NCBI GenBank assembly: GCA_015228935.1
Contig: JADGCO010000011.1
Coordinates: 1,048 to 65,047 of the forward strand
Direction of reading: 5' to 3'
DNA length: 64,000 nucleotides
Source: Magnetococcales bacterium
GTDB taxonomy: Bacteria; Pseudomonadota; Magnetococcia; Magnetococcales; DC0425bin3
In this document: positions 54,595 to 64,000 of the stretch, one piece after another
Layout: the number at the start of each line of letters is the position of its first letter
Numbering within the stretch: position 1 is the stretch's first letter
The notes under the pieces: generated by a model
Databases searched by the model: none
Seen by the model: only the letters and a program-made list of their open reading frames with translations
What the model was told of the DNA's origin: nothing
Translations under genes and position numbers: made by a program

Positions 54595-55812
54595 ATGTCC
54601 AGACTGGTACCCCCCCATGGCGGAGGTCCCCTGAAACCGTTGCTGTTGACCGGAGCCGCCCTGGCCGAGGGCAAACGCAAAGCTGAAACCCTGAAACAAG
54701 TCCGCATGACATCCCGCGAAACCTGCGACCTGATCATGCTGGGAATCGGAGCCTTCACCCCCCTGGATGGCTTCATGGGGAAAACCGACTGGCAAAGCGT
54801 CTGCGACACCACCCGCATGGCCAACGGCCTCTTCTGGCCCATCCCGATCACCCTGTCCGTCAACGAAACCCAGGCTGATGCGCTGAATGTCGGCCAGGAA
54901 ATCACCCTGGTGGACGACGAATCCAACGAAATCATGGGTCTGATGAAGATCCAGGAAAAATACGCCTACGACAAGCAGCATGAATGCCGCAGCGTGTTCC
55001 AAACCGATGACATGGAACACCCGGGTGTGCAAAAAGTGATGAACCAGGGTGCCATCAACTTGGCCGGCCCGGTGCAAGTCCTGTCGGAAGGGGAATTTCC
55101 CAAGAAATACCCGAATATCTACAAGACACCGGCTGAAACCCGCGCCATGTTCGACCAGAAAAAATGGAGCCGCGTGGCCGCCTTCCAAACCCGCAACCCC
55201 ATGCACCGCTCCCATGAATATCTGGCCAAGATTGCCATCGAAACCCTGGATGGCGTCCTGATCCACCAGATCCTGGGCAAACTGAAAGCCGGTGATATCC
55301 CGGCTGAAGTCCGCGCCGAAGCCATCGACCTGCTCGTGGAAAAATATTTCGTGGCCGATACCGCCATCCAGGCCGGCTATCCCATGGAAATGCGCTACGC
55401 CGGCCCGAAGGAAGCCCTCCTGCACGCCGTCTTCCGGCAGAATTACGGCTGCTCCCACCTGATCGTGGGCCGCGACCACGCCGGCGTGGGCGACTATTAC
55501 GGCCCCTTCGACGCCCAGTACATCTTCGACCAGGTCTCGGAAGAGGAGCTGCAAACCCGCCCCCTGAAGATCGACTGGACCTTCTACTGCTACAAATGTC
55601 ACGGCATGGCCTCGATGAAGACCTGCCCGCACGGCAAGGAAGATCGGCAGTTGCTCTCCGGTACCAAGTTGCGCAAGATGCTTTCAGAGGGAGAAACCGT
55701 GCCCCCCGAATTCAGCCGCCCCGAGGTGCTGAAAGTGTTGGAACGGTACTACGCCAGCCTGAAAGATGGCGAAAAAGTGGAAGTCAAACTACACCGTGCA
55801 GCAACCGGCTAA
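54595..55812 (+). CDS. sat: Sulfate adenylyltransferase (ATP sulfurylase)
   Basis: [21 protein letters not shown] and VGRDHAGVG. Confidence 0.92.
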   Translation: MSRLVPPHGGGPLKPLLLTGAALAEGKRKAETLKQVRMTSRETCDLIMLGIGAFTPLDGFMGKTDWQSVCDTTRMANGLFWPIPITLSVNETQADALNVGQEITLVDDESNEIMGLMKIQEKYAYDKQHECRSVFQTDDMEHPGVQKVMNQGAINLAGPVQVLSEGEFPKKYPNIYKTPAETRAMFDQKKWSRVAAFQTRNPMHRSHEYLAKIAIETLDGVLIHQILGKLKAGDIPAEVRAEAIDLLVEKYFVADTAIQAGYPMEMRYAGPKEALLHAVFRQNYGCSHLIVGRDHAGVGDYYGPFDAQYIFDQVSEEELQTRPLKIDWTFYCYKCHGMASMKTCPHGKEDRQLLSGTKLRKMLSEGETVPPEFSRPEVLKVLERYYASLKDGEKVEVKLHRAATG

Positions 55813-55859
55813 AGGATCATTCATTCAATCACAATCATTAAATCCGAGGAGGCGATGCA

Positions 55860-56288
55860 ATGCCAAGTTTTGTAAAGATGGAGAAGTGCGACGGCTGCAA
55901 AGGCCAGGACAAGACGGCCTGTATGTACATCTGCCCCAACAACCTGATGAAACTGGACAAGGCCCGGATGAAAGCCTTCAACCAGGAACCGGAGCAGTGC
56001 TGGGAGTGCTACTCCTGCGTGAAAATCTGCCCCCAACAAGCCATCGAAGTGCGCGCCTACGCCGATATCGTCCCCATGGGCGGCGCGGTCATCCCGATGC
56101 GGGGTTCCGACTCCATCATCTGGTCGATCCAGTTCCGCAACGGCAATACCAAAAAATTCAAATTCCCCATCCGGACCACGGCAGAGGGATCCATTGACCC
56201 CTACAAGGGCAAACCGGCAGCAGACATGTCCAAACTGGACAAACCCGGATTTTTCAACCTCACCGGACCCCTGCCGACCATCAAGTGA
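55860..56288 (+). CDS. aprB: Adenylylsulfate (APS) reductase beta subunit
   Basis: MPSFVKMEKCDGCKG...CMYICPNNLM...CWECYSCVKICPQQAI. Confidence 0.92.
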   Translation: MPSFVKMEKCDGCKGQDKTACMYICPNNLMKLDKARMKAFNQEPEQCWECYSCVKICPQQAIEVRAYADIVPMGGAVIPMRGSDSIIWSIQFRNGNTKKFKFPIRTTAEGSIDPYKGKPAADMSKLDKPGFFNLTGPLPTIK

Positions 56289-56339
56289 TTTCGGTCAGGT
56301 ACCCTGGGAACGATCATAACGAGAGAGGAGTGAAGCAGG

Positions 56340-58256
56340 ATGGGAACTTTCGGGAATCCGGATATCGTTGAAGTCGATACCGACATTTTGATCATCGGTG
56401 GTGGCATGGGCGCCTGCGGGGCCGCCTACGAAATCATGCGCTGGAAACCGGACAATATCCGGGTCCGGCTCGTTGACAAGGCAGCCATGGAACGCTCCGG
56501 TGCCGTGGCCATGGGTCTCTCCGCCATCAATACCTACCTGGGCGAAAACAACCCCGCCGACTACGTGAAAATGGTCTCCAATGACCTGATGGGCATCGTG
56601 CGCGATGACCTGATCTTCGATGTGGGTCGCCATGTGGACAACTCCGTCGAACTCTTCGAAGAATGGGGCCTGCCCGTTTGGAAACAGCCCGGCGACGAAG
56701 AGAAATCCTTGAAAGAAGGTGGCAAGCCAGTCCGCTCCGGCAAATGGCAGATCATGATCAACGGCGAATCCTACAAGACCATCGTCGCCGAAGCCGCCAA
56801 AAAAGCCCTGGGCATGGACAACATCCAAGAGCGCGTCTTCATCGTGAAACTGCTCCTGGACTCCAAAATCGAAAACCGCGTCGCCGGTGCCGTCGGCTTC
56901 TCCAATCGCGAAGACAAAATCTACGTCTACAGCGCCAATGCCATCCTGCTGGTGGCCGGCGGTGCCGTGAACGTGTTCCGTCCCCGGTCCGTGGGCGAAG
57001 GTCTGGGCCGTACCTGGTACCCGGTGTGGAATGCCGGCTCCACCTACGCCATGGCCGCCCAGGTCGGTGCCGAGCTGACCATGATGGAAAACCGGTTCGT
57101 CCCCGCCCGCTTCAAGGACGGCTACGGCCCGGTCGGTGCCTGGTTCCTGCTGTTCAAAGCCAAGGCCACCAACGGCAAGGGGGAAAATTACCTCGAAATC
57201 AACAAGAAAATGTTGGACGACTATCCCCCCTACGGCAAGTCCCACGTCCCGGCCACCTGCCTGCGCAACCATCTGATGATGAAAGAGCAGAAAGAAGGCC
57301 GCGGTCCCATCCTGATGCGGACCGATACCGCCCTCCAAGCCCTGGCCAAATCCTACGAAGAAGAGTTTGGACCCAAGGAAGCCAAGAAGAAAATCAAACA
57401 CCTGGAAGCCGAAGCCTGGGAAGACTTCCTCGACATGTGTATCGGTCAGGCCGGCGTGTGGGCCGGTGAAAACATCGAACCGGAAATCAAACCCTCCGAA
57501 CTGATGCCCACCGAACCCTACTTCCTCGGTTCCCACTCCGGCTGCTGCGGCATCTGGGTGAGCGGTCCCGAAGACATCGCCCCCAAAGAGTGGTGCTGGG
57601 GCTATCGTTCCATGACCACGGTCAACGGCCTCTTCACGGCTGCGGACGGTGTCGGCGCTTCCGGCCACAAATTCTCCTCCGGCTCCCATGCCGAAGGCCG
57701 TATCGCCATCAAGGGTGCCCTGAAGTGGGTCCTCGACCACAAGGATTACAAACCCTCCCTGAGTCGGACACCCAAGGATCTGGCCGAAGAGATCTATGCC
57801 CCGGTCCGGACCTTCCTGGCCCACAAGGATTATACCACCGCCGTGGATATCAATCCCAACTACATCACCCCCAAAATGCTTCAGTTCCGCCTGCAAAAAA
57901 TCATGGATGAATATGTGGCAGGTGTCAGCACCGGCTATGTCACCAACGAAACCATGATGACCATCGCCGTGGACAAAATTCAGGAACTGAAAAAAGACTC
58001 CGAAAAAATGTGCGCCCGTGACCTGCATGAACTCATGCGCGCCTGGGAAAACTACCACCGCATCTACGCCGGCGAAGCCCACCTGCGGCACATGCTGTTC
58101 CGCAAGGAAACCCGCTACCCCGGCTTCTACTACAACATGGACTACAACTTCGTTGACGAAAAGAACTGGAAGTGCTTCGTCAACTCCAAGATCGATCCCA
58201 AAACCGGCGAATGGGTCGCCTTCAAGAAAGAACACAAAGACCTGATTCCCAAGTGA
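56340..58256 (+). CDS. aprA: Adenylylsulfate (APS) reductase alpha subunit
   Basis: FAD fold DILIIGGGMGACGAAYE. At 638 aa it is colinear with AprA and lies directly downstream of aprB. Confidence 0.92.
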   Translation: MGTFGNPDIVEVDTDILIIGGGMGACGAAYEIMRWKPDNIRVRLVDKAAMERSGAVAMGLSAINTYLGENNPADYVKMVSNDLMGIVRDDLIFDVGRHVDNSVELFEEWGLPVWKQPGDEEKSLKEGGKPVRSGKWQIMINGESYKTIVAEAAKKALGMDNIQERVFIVKLLLDSKIENRVAGAVGFSNREDKIYVYSANAILLVAGGAVNVFRPRSVGEGLGRTWYPVWNAGSTYAMAAQVGAELTMMENRFVPARFKDGYGPVGAWFLLFKAKATNGKGENYLEINKKMLDDYPPYGKSHVPATCLRNHLMMKEQKEGRGPILMRTDTALQALAKSYEEEFGPKEAKKKIKHLEAEAWEDFLDMCIGQAGVWAGENIEPEIKPSELMPTEPYFLGSHSGCCGIWVSGPEDIAPKEWCWGYRSMTTVNGLFTAADGVGASGHKFSSGSHAEGRIAIKGALKWVLDHKDYKPSLSRTPKDLAEEIYAPVRTFLAHKDYTTAVDINPNYITPKMLQFRLQKIMDEYVAGVSTGYVTNETMMTIAVDKIQELKKDSEKMCARDLHELMRAWENYHRIYAGEAHLRHMLFRKETRYPGFYYNMDYNFVDEKNWKCFVNSKIDPKTGEWVAFKKEHKDLIPK

Positions 58257-58361
58257 TGCCAGACAGACATCTGCCGGGATGGCCATGGCTATCCCGGCGG
58301 TGCCTCTGTCAAGATATGGATGGGAAAAGGGGGCCTTCCCCCTTGCCCGTATGCATGCCAT

Positions 58362-58389
58362 GGGCACCAGGTTGGTGCCCTTTTTTTTT
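58362..58389 (+). terminator. Rho-independent terminator downstream of aprA
   Basis: GGGCACCA-ggt-TGGTGCCC followed by nine T residues. Two further hairpins precede it (CCGGGAT...ATCCCGG and AAGGGGG-cctt-CCCCCTT). Confidence 0.8.
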
Positions 58390-58403
58390 GGAAGGATTGC
58401 CGC

Positions 58404-59318
58404 ATGTCCGACGAAAGCCAAAAGTCCGCCGAAGAACTGGATCGGGAAAGAGTCCTGGCCCTGGACGAAGATATGCGCGACATGCCCCGGGAAACGCGCA
58501 ATATCCTGCAACCAGTCAAGTTGTCGGGAAAAGATCACATGCGTTTCCGGTGTCATCCGGAAATTTCCTGTTTCAATGCCTGTTGTCAAAACGTTGAAAT
58601 CGTCCTGACACCTTATGATCTGTATCGGTTGCGGCGGCGATTGAACCTCTCCGCCGAAACGTTTCTCCATACCTACGCCATCCCCACATCCCTGGCCAAG
58701 GGACAGTTGCCCGTGGCCCTGATTCAAATGGACCCCGAAACAGGCCGTTGTCCATTCAACAGACCCGAGGGATGCTCGGTCTATACGGACCGGCCCGTCA
58801 CCTGCCGCTACTACCCGATCGGCATGGCCCTGATGCGCCGCCAGGAAACGAGCAGTGGTGAAGATTTTTATTTTTTGATCAAGGAAGACTTTTGTCAGGG
58901 TCACAAGGAAGAAAAACGCTGGACCATACAGGAGTGGCGGGAAGACCAGGGCAGCGATGGCTATGACGTGCAAAATCGCAGTTGGATGGAGCTGATCATC
59001 AAACGGCGGTCGGCAGGCGACATGGTGCAAACCTCGCTGCCGGTCACGGAAATGTTCTACATGGCCAGCACCAACCCGGAAGCCATGCGCCAGTTCATCT
59101 TCGACTCCAGCTTTCTGCGCCGCTACCAGGTGGACCCGGAAACAGAAGAAAAAATCCGTACCAACGATCTGGCCCTGACCGATTTTGCCCTCTCCTGGCT
59201 TAAAAGCGTCCTGTTTGGTGATTCGTTCATTCCGGTTCGCCCCGAAGTGTTCGAGGAACTCAAACAGCGGCGAACCAGACAAAAGGCAGAGCAACCCACA
59301 CCAGATGAGGAACCCTGA
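58404..59318 (+). CDS. YkgJ-family cysteine-cluster (CxxCxxCC) protein
   Basis: CHPEISCFNACCQN...CPFN...GCSVYTDRPVTCRYYP. The ATG at 58404 lies after the terminator and has the RBS GGAAGGA. Confidence 0.7.
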   Translation: MSDESQKSAEELDRERVLALDEDMRDMPRETRNILQPVKLSGKDHMRFRCHPEISCFNACCQNVEIVLTPYDLYRLRRRLNLSAETFLHTYAIPTSLAKGQLPVALIQMDPETGRCPFNRPEGCSVYTDRPVTCRYYPIGMALMRRQETSSGEDFYFLIKEDFCQGHKEEKRWTIQEWREDQGSDGYDVQNRSWMELIIKRRSAGDMVQTSLPVTEMFYMASTNPEAMRQFIFDSSFLRRYQVDPETEEKIRTNDLALTDFALSWLKSVLFGDSFIPVRPEVFEELKQRRTRQKAEQPTPDEEP

Positions 59319-59400
59319 TCCGTGATCATCCGCCCGGAACCAGACACAATGCCGCGCATCCCGCAGCAGAATGAGGAACCCTGATCCATGATCATCCGCC
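59304..59400. repeat. 31-nt direct repeat (one mismatch, 66-nt period) spanning the ykgJ-family stop and the Nudix start
   Basis: atgaggaaccctgatcc(g/a)tgatcatccgccc occurs at 59304-59334 and 59370-59400. Confidence 0.9.
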
Positions 59401-59825
59401 CAGGCGGATTGCTTGTGCATGACGGACGCCTGCTGCTCATGCGCTATGAATACGGCGGCCAGGACCGGTTCAATCTCCCCGGCGGCAAGCCTGACCCGGG
59501 CGAGGATTGGCGGCAATGCCTGATCCGCGAGTGGGCTGAAGAGTTGAACCTGACTGTCCAACCCGGAAAATTGATCTTCCTGGTCGAAAGTGAGGGAGGC
59601 GGACGCAACGTCCTCCATCCGCTTTTTCAACTCACCGGAACCAATCCCCCCAAGCCAAGATTGAATCCGCACCAAACCTCCGCTCTTGAGGTACTCTGGC
59701 TGAACAGCAACACCCTGCGACAAGCCATCCTTTACCCACATATCCCGCATGTGTTGTCTGAATGGCTGGAAGGCAAAAGTGGCAGCGATCCCTACCTGGG
59801 ACGGATCCTTCAGCCGTGGAGTTAG
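59388..59825 (+). CDS. Nudix hydrolase
   Basis: Nudix box GGKPDPGEDWRQCLIREWAEELNL. Confidence 0.85.
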   Translation: MIIRPGGLLVHDGRLLLMRYEYGGQDRFNLPGGKPDPGEDWRQCLIREWAEELNLTVQPGKLIFLVESEGGGRNVLHPLFQLTGTNPPKPRLNPHQTSALEVLWLNSNTLRQAILYPHIPHVLSEWLEGKSGSDPYLGRILQPWS

Positions 59826-60186
59826 AGAAATATCGATTAAAAACAATTGGTTAAATTACAATCAATCGAAACGATCCTGCAACCTTGCGGCAGAATTTAA
59901 TTTGCGTTAAATGAAGATTATAAAGTTATATTTTTTTATTCACGTTGACACTGGCGGATGGATGGATGGATCATTTATCGCGTCTTGGCTGGCATTGATG
60001 TTATTTATGGGTAGATATCTGATTGACTGTAGGAAGGATGGCCAGGACGATTGCAGTGGAAAAACAGCCAGTCGGAATGTCCAGATCAAGCAATGTGACG
60101 TGGGTGGGATGGGAAGTGCTGTTGAAGTCGTCGGAAGCGGTGCGGCAGTTCAGTAAAAGTCAAAGCGAAAGGAGCGAAAAAAGAAA

Positions 60187-60771
60187 ATGGCTGTCATCAG
60201 AAATTTATTGGCGCTTCTGGGTTTGGTGGTATTGATTGCCGGTGGGGTTGGTTACGCGGTCGTGGCACCGGTGCTGGGGGAGTTTGATCCGCAGTTCATG
60301 GGGGTGTACGCGCAGTTTGCCGAGAAACTGCTGGCAACCAAGGATCCGGGATCGACGATGGTCTACAGTGTCCCGGTCAAGGAGGGTATTTCCGTCGAGG
60401 AAGTCAAAGACTCCTTGCAGAGCCTGGCAGCGGAAAAGAAGTTTCTCTACGTTGGCGAGGCTCCGTTTTACAAACAGGTTCAATCCATGACCGGAAAGCC
60501 GTATCGTCACATTACCTTCATGTCGTTCTGTGACTCTGCGGTTGGCAAGATGATGGCGGATTACAACGATGTCTACACCGCCTTCATGCCTTGCCGTATT
60601 GCAGTCGTCGAAGACAAAAACAAGCCTGGAAAGTACTGGCTGCATACCATGAGCCTGGACATGATGATTCATGGTGGCAAGGAGTTGCCGCCTGAACTCA
60701 AGAAAGAGGCACAACGTATCTGGGAGACCATGCAGTCGATCATGAACGGGGCAGCGAACGGCAAGTTTTAA
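60187..60771 (+). CDS. DUF302-domain protein with an N-terminal membrane anchor/signal
   Basis: ...ITFMSFCDSAVGKMMADYNDVYTAFMPCRIAVVEDKNKPGKYWLHTMSLD matches the DUF302 core pattern. Confidence 0.6.
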   Translation: MAVIRNLLALLGLVVLIAGGVGYAVVAPVLGEFDPQFMGVYAQFAEKLLATKDPGSTMVYSVPVKEGISVEEVKDSLQSLAAEKKFLYVGEAPFYKQVQSMTGKPYRHITFMSFCDSAVGKMMADYNDVYTAFMPCRIAVVEDKNKPGKYWLHTMSLDMMIHGGKELPPELKKEAQRIWETMQSIMNGAANGKF

Positions 60772-60853
60772 TGGCAGTTCGGGTGTTGTTCACGGATTGG
60801 TTCGGCCCAGGGAGCGGGGCATGTATCCTTGTCACTACTGACTGGAGGAAAAG

Positions 60854-61459
60854 ATGCACAGCATGAAAAAACGCACGTTGGTCCTGGCCGCTGCGGTGGT
60901 GGTCGGAGGATTATGGAGCGTTCCGGCCATGGCCGGTCCCACGCCGTCGATGTTGAGTAATACCTGTGCCGGATGTCATGGACCAAACGGAGTCGCCCCC
61001 GGACCGTCCATACCTACGATTGCCGGAATGCCATACAATTTTTTGAAACTGATGATGACTGAATTCCTGAAGGATGAACGTCCATCGACCATCATGTCCC
61101 GGGTTGCCAAAGGCTACAGCGACGCCGACATTGACGTCATCGCCAAGCATTTCTCGGAGTTGAAATGGGGTGTCCAGGGCGGAGCATCGGTGAAAGGCAA
61201 GAGTATCGATCCCGCCAAGGCTGAGAAAGGTAAACCCCTCGCCAAAGAGTGTGAAAAATGCCACGAAGAAGGCGGCAAAAAACAGGATGAAGATACCCCC
61301 AGAATTGCCGGTCAGTGGTTGGAGTACCTCCTGATCAAGATGGATGACTACAAAACCAACGAGAAGTATCCTCAGCCCAAGAAAATGAAGAGTCAGATGG
61401 ACAAGCTATCCGTTGAGGATTTGGAAGCGGTCGCACACTACTTCGCCAGCCAGAAATAA
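60854..61459 (+). CDS. fccA: Flavocytochrome c sulfide dehydrogenase, dihaem cytochrome c subunit
   Basis: A signal peptide and two CxxCH motifs (CAGCHG, CEKCHE). It lies directly upstream of the flavoprotein subunit. Confidence 0.8.
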   Translation: MHSMKKRTLVLAAAVVVGGLWSVPAMAGPTPSMLSNTCAGCHGPNGVAPGPSIPTIAGMPYNFLKLMMTEFLKDERPSTIMSRVAKGYSDADIDVIAKHFSELKWGVQGGASVKGKSIDPAKAEKGKPLAKECEKCHEEGGKKQDEDTPRIAGQWLEYLLIKMDDYKTNEKYPQPKKMKSQMDKLSVEDLEAVAHYFASQK

Positions 61460-61483
61460 TTGGGCCACAGGAGGAAACATATC

Positions 61484-62764
61484 ATGTATAATCTGTCACG
61501 TCGCAATTTTGTCAAATTGACCGGTGGCCTCGCGGCTGTTGGTTTGACCTCCCCCCTGCTCACCGGTTCCGCCCGGGCTGCCGAAGGCAAAAAGCGTGTG
61601 GTCATCATTGGTGGCGGATATGGCGGTGCCATCGCTTCCCGATACATCCGCATGGCAGACCCCAATATTGTTGTCACCCTGATCGAAAAAGAAAAAATTT
61701 ACTACTCCTGCCCCCTCAGCAATCCGGTCATCATCAAAACCCGTGACCTGAAAGTGCAAAGGTGGACCTACGAAAATCTGGTCAAGAATGGCGTCAACGT
61801 GCAGTATGACGAAGTGGTGGAAATCGATCCGGTCAAAAAGTCCGTCACCACAGCCAAAGGCGCTTCGTTCTCCTATGACAAACTGGTGGTTTCCCCCGGG
61901 GTGGATTTCAAGTGGGAAGCCATCGAGGGATACAGCGAAAAAGCCAGCGAAAAAATTCCCCATGGCTGGAAAGCCGGTACCCAGACCCTGCTGTTGCAGG
62001 AACAGTTGAGTGCCATGACCGATGGCGACCCCTATATCATCGTTGCCCCCCCCATGCCGTTCCGTTGTCCACCCGGACCCTACGAGCGGGCCGGACTGGT
62101 GGCTTGGTATCTGAAGCAACACAAACCCAGATCCAAGGTGATCATTCTGGATGCCAAAGACAAATTTGCCAAACAGGGCCTCTTCATCAATGGCTGGAAA
62201 GAACTCGGCTACAATGTCGAGTGGGTCCCCGGCAACGAAGGGGGCAAAGTGACCCGTGTCGATGTGGAAGGCATGAAGGTTTTCACGGAAATGCAGGAGT
62301 ACAAAAGCTCGGCCATCAACATTATCCCGGCGCAGAAAGCCGGAAAAATCGCCCACATGGCTGGACTGGTTGACAAGACGGGTTGGTGTCCAGTCAATCA
62401 GAAAACCTACGAGTCCACGATCCACAAAGACATCTATGTGATCGGTGACGCCTGCATCGCCACGGCGGAAATTCCCAAGTCTGGCTATGCTGCCAACAGC
62501 CAGGGCAAGATTGCCGCTGCCGCCATCGTGGCTGCCTTCAAGGGCCAGGGTGAACCCGACCCCTCTTACGTCAACACCTGTTACAGCCTGTTGTCACCGG
62601 ATTACGGCATTTCCGTCGCCGCCATCTGGACTTTCAAAGACGGTCAGGTGACCAAGGTTTCGGGTGGCGTCTCCCCCGAAAAAGCCTCCGCCGCCTTCCG
62701 CAAACAGGAAGCCTCCTACGCCGAAAGCTGGTACCAGAGCATCATGGCGGAAATGTTCTCCTGA
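61484..62764 (+). CDS. fccB: Flavocytochrome c sulfide dehydrogenase, flavoprotein subunit
   Basis: Tat signal SRRNFVKLTGG...ARA and FAD fold VVIIGGGYGGA, within FCSD-like sequence. The ATG at 61484 is preceded by AGGAGG. Confidence 0.85.
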   Translation: MYNLSRRNFVKLTGGLAAVGLTSPLLTGSARAAEGKKRVVIIGGGYGGAIASRYIRMADPNIVVTLIEKEKIYYSCPLSNPVIIKTRDLKVQRWTYENLVKNGVNVQYDEVVEIDPVKKSVTTAKGASFSYDKLVVSPGVDFKWEAIEGYSEKASEKIPHGWKAGTQTLLLQEQLSAMTDGDPYIIVAPPMPFRCPPGPYERAGLVAWYLKQHKPRSKVIILDAKDKFAKQGLFINGWKELGYNVEWVPGNEGGKVTRVDVEGMKVFTEMQEYKSSAINIIPAQKAGKIAHMAGLVDKTGWCPVNQKTYESTIHKDIYVIGDACIATAEIPKSGYAANSQGKIAAAAIVAAFKGQGEPDPSYVNTCYSLLSPDYGISVAAIWTFKDGQVTKVSGGVSPEKASAAFRKQEASYAESWYQSIMAEMFS

Positions 62765-62786
62765 TCTCTGCCACATGCCCATCGAA

Positions 62787-62815
62787 GAAGCGGGGTTTTG
62801 CCCCGCTTCTTTTTT
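62787..62815 (+). terminator. Rho-independent terminator downstream of fccB
   Basis: GAAGCGGGG-ttttg-CCCCGCTTC followed by TTTTTT. Confidence 0.85.
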
Positions 62816-62964
62816 GTGGCAGGGTTGAATATCCTGACACTCCTGGCTGGTTCTCCTTGACGGCAGGGGGTCAGGTCGTTTATCCAAAAGACCATGGGGG
62901 CCTGCTGCCAAAAAGTGGGTAACGGGTCATTCTATGGGCTGCTGTGCTTGCCGGAGAGGTTGAC

Positions 62965-63435
62965 ATGCAAAAAGCTGAGTTGAAAAATTTGAGCCGACGG
63001 GATTTTCTCCTGACGGCGGGTGTGGCAGGATTGTGCGTGGTGGCCATGGCAACCTTGCCGCAAGGGGCAAATGCTGCCGACATACAGGCACTCATTGCCG
63101 AACACGCCGGAGCCGGTACCCCGGCCATGGAAAAGGTGGTCCTTGAAGCACCCGAAAAAGCCGAAAGCGGTGCCGCCGTGCAGTTGGGTGTCAAGGTGAA
63201 CCATCCCATGGAGGCCGGTAACTATATCGAGTCCGTCAGCATCTTCGTCGAAGACAATCCCAAACCTTTTGTCGGAAAATTTGAATTTTTCCCGGAAACC
63301 GGTGCCATTGACATGAAAATTCCTGTCAAAATGGCCAAGGGTTCCCAGGTACATGTCATCGCCAAGTCCAACTCGGGCAAATTGTACGGGGTGGTCAAGA
63401 AGGTTGATGTGGCCGAAGGTGGTTGTGCGGGCTGA
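62965..63435 (+). CDS. soxY: Sulfur carrier protein SoxY
   Basis: Tat signal SRRDFLLTAG and the C-terminal swinging-arm motif GGCAG*. The start is at ATG 62965. Confidence 0.85.
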   Translation: MQKAELKNLSRRDFLLTAGVAGLCVVAMATLPQGANAADIQALIAEHAGAGTPAMEKVVLEAPEKAESGAAVQLGVKVNHPMEAGNYIESVSIFVEDNPKPFVGKFEFFPETGAIDMKIPVKMAKGSQVHVIAKSNSGKLYGVVKKVDVAEGGCAG

Positions 63436-63482
63436 TAGCGCGGCAGCGTGCCCTTTTTCCAGCAAAATTTGGAGAGAATACT

Positions 63483-63818
63483 ATGGCAGATACTGGTGGA
63501 CCCCGCATCGCCGAGGTCAAGGGACCGGTCGCACCTGGAACCATTGTCGAAATCAAGGCCGCCATCCGGCATCCCATGGAGAGCGGTTTGCGCAAGGACA
63601 AAGAATCCGGTGAGGTCGTCCCCGCCCATTACGTCGAAAAGGTTGAGGCTGTCTATCTGGATAAACCTGTGGCCCGTGCCACCTGGACCGGTTCCGTGTC
63701 GAAAAATCCCATCTTCCGCTTCAATCTTAAAGCCACCAAAACCGGCAAATTGAAAATCACCTGGACAGACAACAAAGGCGGCAGTTGGAGCCAGGAAACC
63801 GAAATCAAAGTGCAATAA
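63483..63818 (+). CDS. soxZ: SoxZ
   Basis: 111 aa reading ...IKAAIRHPMESGLRKD.... It lies immediately downstream of soxY. Confidence 0.8.
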   Translation: MADTGGPRIAEVKGPVAPGTIVEIKAAIRHPMESGLRKDKESGEVVPAHYVEKVEAVYLDKPVARATWTGSVSKNPIFRFNLKATKTGKLKITWTDNKGGSWSQETEIKVQ

Positions 63819-63842
63819 TTTCCCTCGTGTAATCATGCAAAA

Positions 63843-63872
63843 CCGCCCGGAAGCTTCCGGGCGGTTTTTTTT
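63843..63872 (+). terminator. Rho-independent terminator downstream of soxZ
   Basis: CCGCCCGGAAG/CTTCCGGGCGG, a perfect palindrome, followed by eight T residues. Confidence 0.85.
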
Positions 63873-64000
63873 GGTCAGGATGTTGCATGTCCAGTTGGAA
63901 CCATTTTGGACAATGCCACAATCTTTCCTGAGGAGGCACAGTGTTAGACTGGTTTGAGCGGAGAATGCGCCTGGGTAGTGGTCTGATCGACATCCTTTTC

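Noticed and set aside
56295-59846. A 1,183-aa ORF on the minus strand, the longest in this part of the track.
   Set aside because: It is antisense to aprA, the YkgJ-family gene and the Nudix gene, all of which have unambiguous motifs on the plus strand. Its translation is compositionally skewed (G/H/V/F/D/A-rich) with no recognisable motif. It is a typical shadow ORF of GC-rich coding DNA.
1-64000. Assigning the window to a specific lineage (for example a magnetotactic sulfur oxidiser) from its gene content (sat-aprBA, fccAB, soxYZ, polar-flagellum-type genes, MSHA pilus).
   Set aside because: No lineage-diagnostic genes (rRNA, magnetosome genes and the like) are in the window. The gene content is compatible with many Proteobacteria. 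It would need a database search that I cannot run.

Overview
The window is a 64-kb chromosomal segment from a moderately GC-rich, flagellated, sulfur-oxidising Gram-negative bacterium. The taxon cannot be assigned from sequence alone. All family calls rest on motif recognition in the translations; no BLAST or HMM search was possible. Contents from left to right: (1) 45-13.3 kb, minus strand: an MSHA-type type IV pilus biogenesis operon in the order mshI/PilN-like/mshJ/mshL/mshM/mshN/mshE/mshG. It is interrupted by an AT-rich PIN toxin-antitoxin cassette, and its MshN and MshE versions are unusual. (2) 13.4-21.7 kb: a GT17 glycosyltransferase, queG, and a TIR/P-loop STAND/46-aa-repeat gene split by a frame change. 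Two about 1.1-kb direct repeats, each carrying an Rpn (YhgA-like PD-(D/E)xK) gene, bracket the split gene; a SAM methyltransferase follows. (3) 22.3-30.5 kb: an LsrF-like aldolase, an aldolase/SDR fusion, a 1,283-aa protein with 10 helicase-associated (HA) repeats behind an apparently motif-dead nuclease/helicase core, and an M20 peptidase. (4) 30.7-34.7 kb: accessory material, including an AT-rich orphan gene, a decayed RelE/antitoxin pair flanked by a duplicated gene 5' end, a PHP phosphoesterase, and a small ORF plus a 2-TM protein. (5) 34.8-40 kb: iscX-fdx-hscA, and gatA overlapping an asparaginase gene. (6) 40.2-44.1 kb: an unassigned His/Cys-rich protein, an orphan antitoxin, and a translationally coupled TIR-domain gene plus stand-alone SLOG/LOG-like gene. 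I rate this pair the best candidate for an undescribed nucleotide-signalling (Thoeris-like) system. (7) 44.2-50.3 kb, minus strand: flgF-G-A-H-I-(flgJ-like)-flgM-flgN-csrA. (8) 50.5-54.6 kb: mazG, a TA/defence-remnant islet and rdgB. (9) 54.6-63.9 kb: sulfur oxidation genes sat-aprBA, a YkgJ-family protein, a Nudix hydrolase, a DUF302 protein, fccAB and soxYZ. No rRNA, tRNA or CRISPR array was found. Many long ORFs in the six-frame track are antisense shadows of GC-rich genes.
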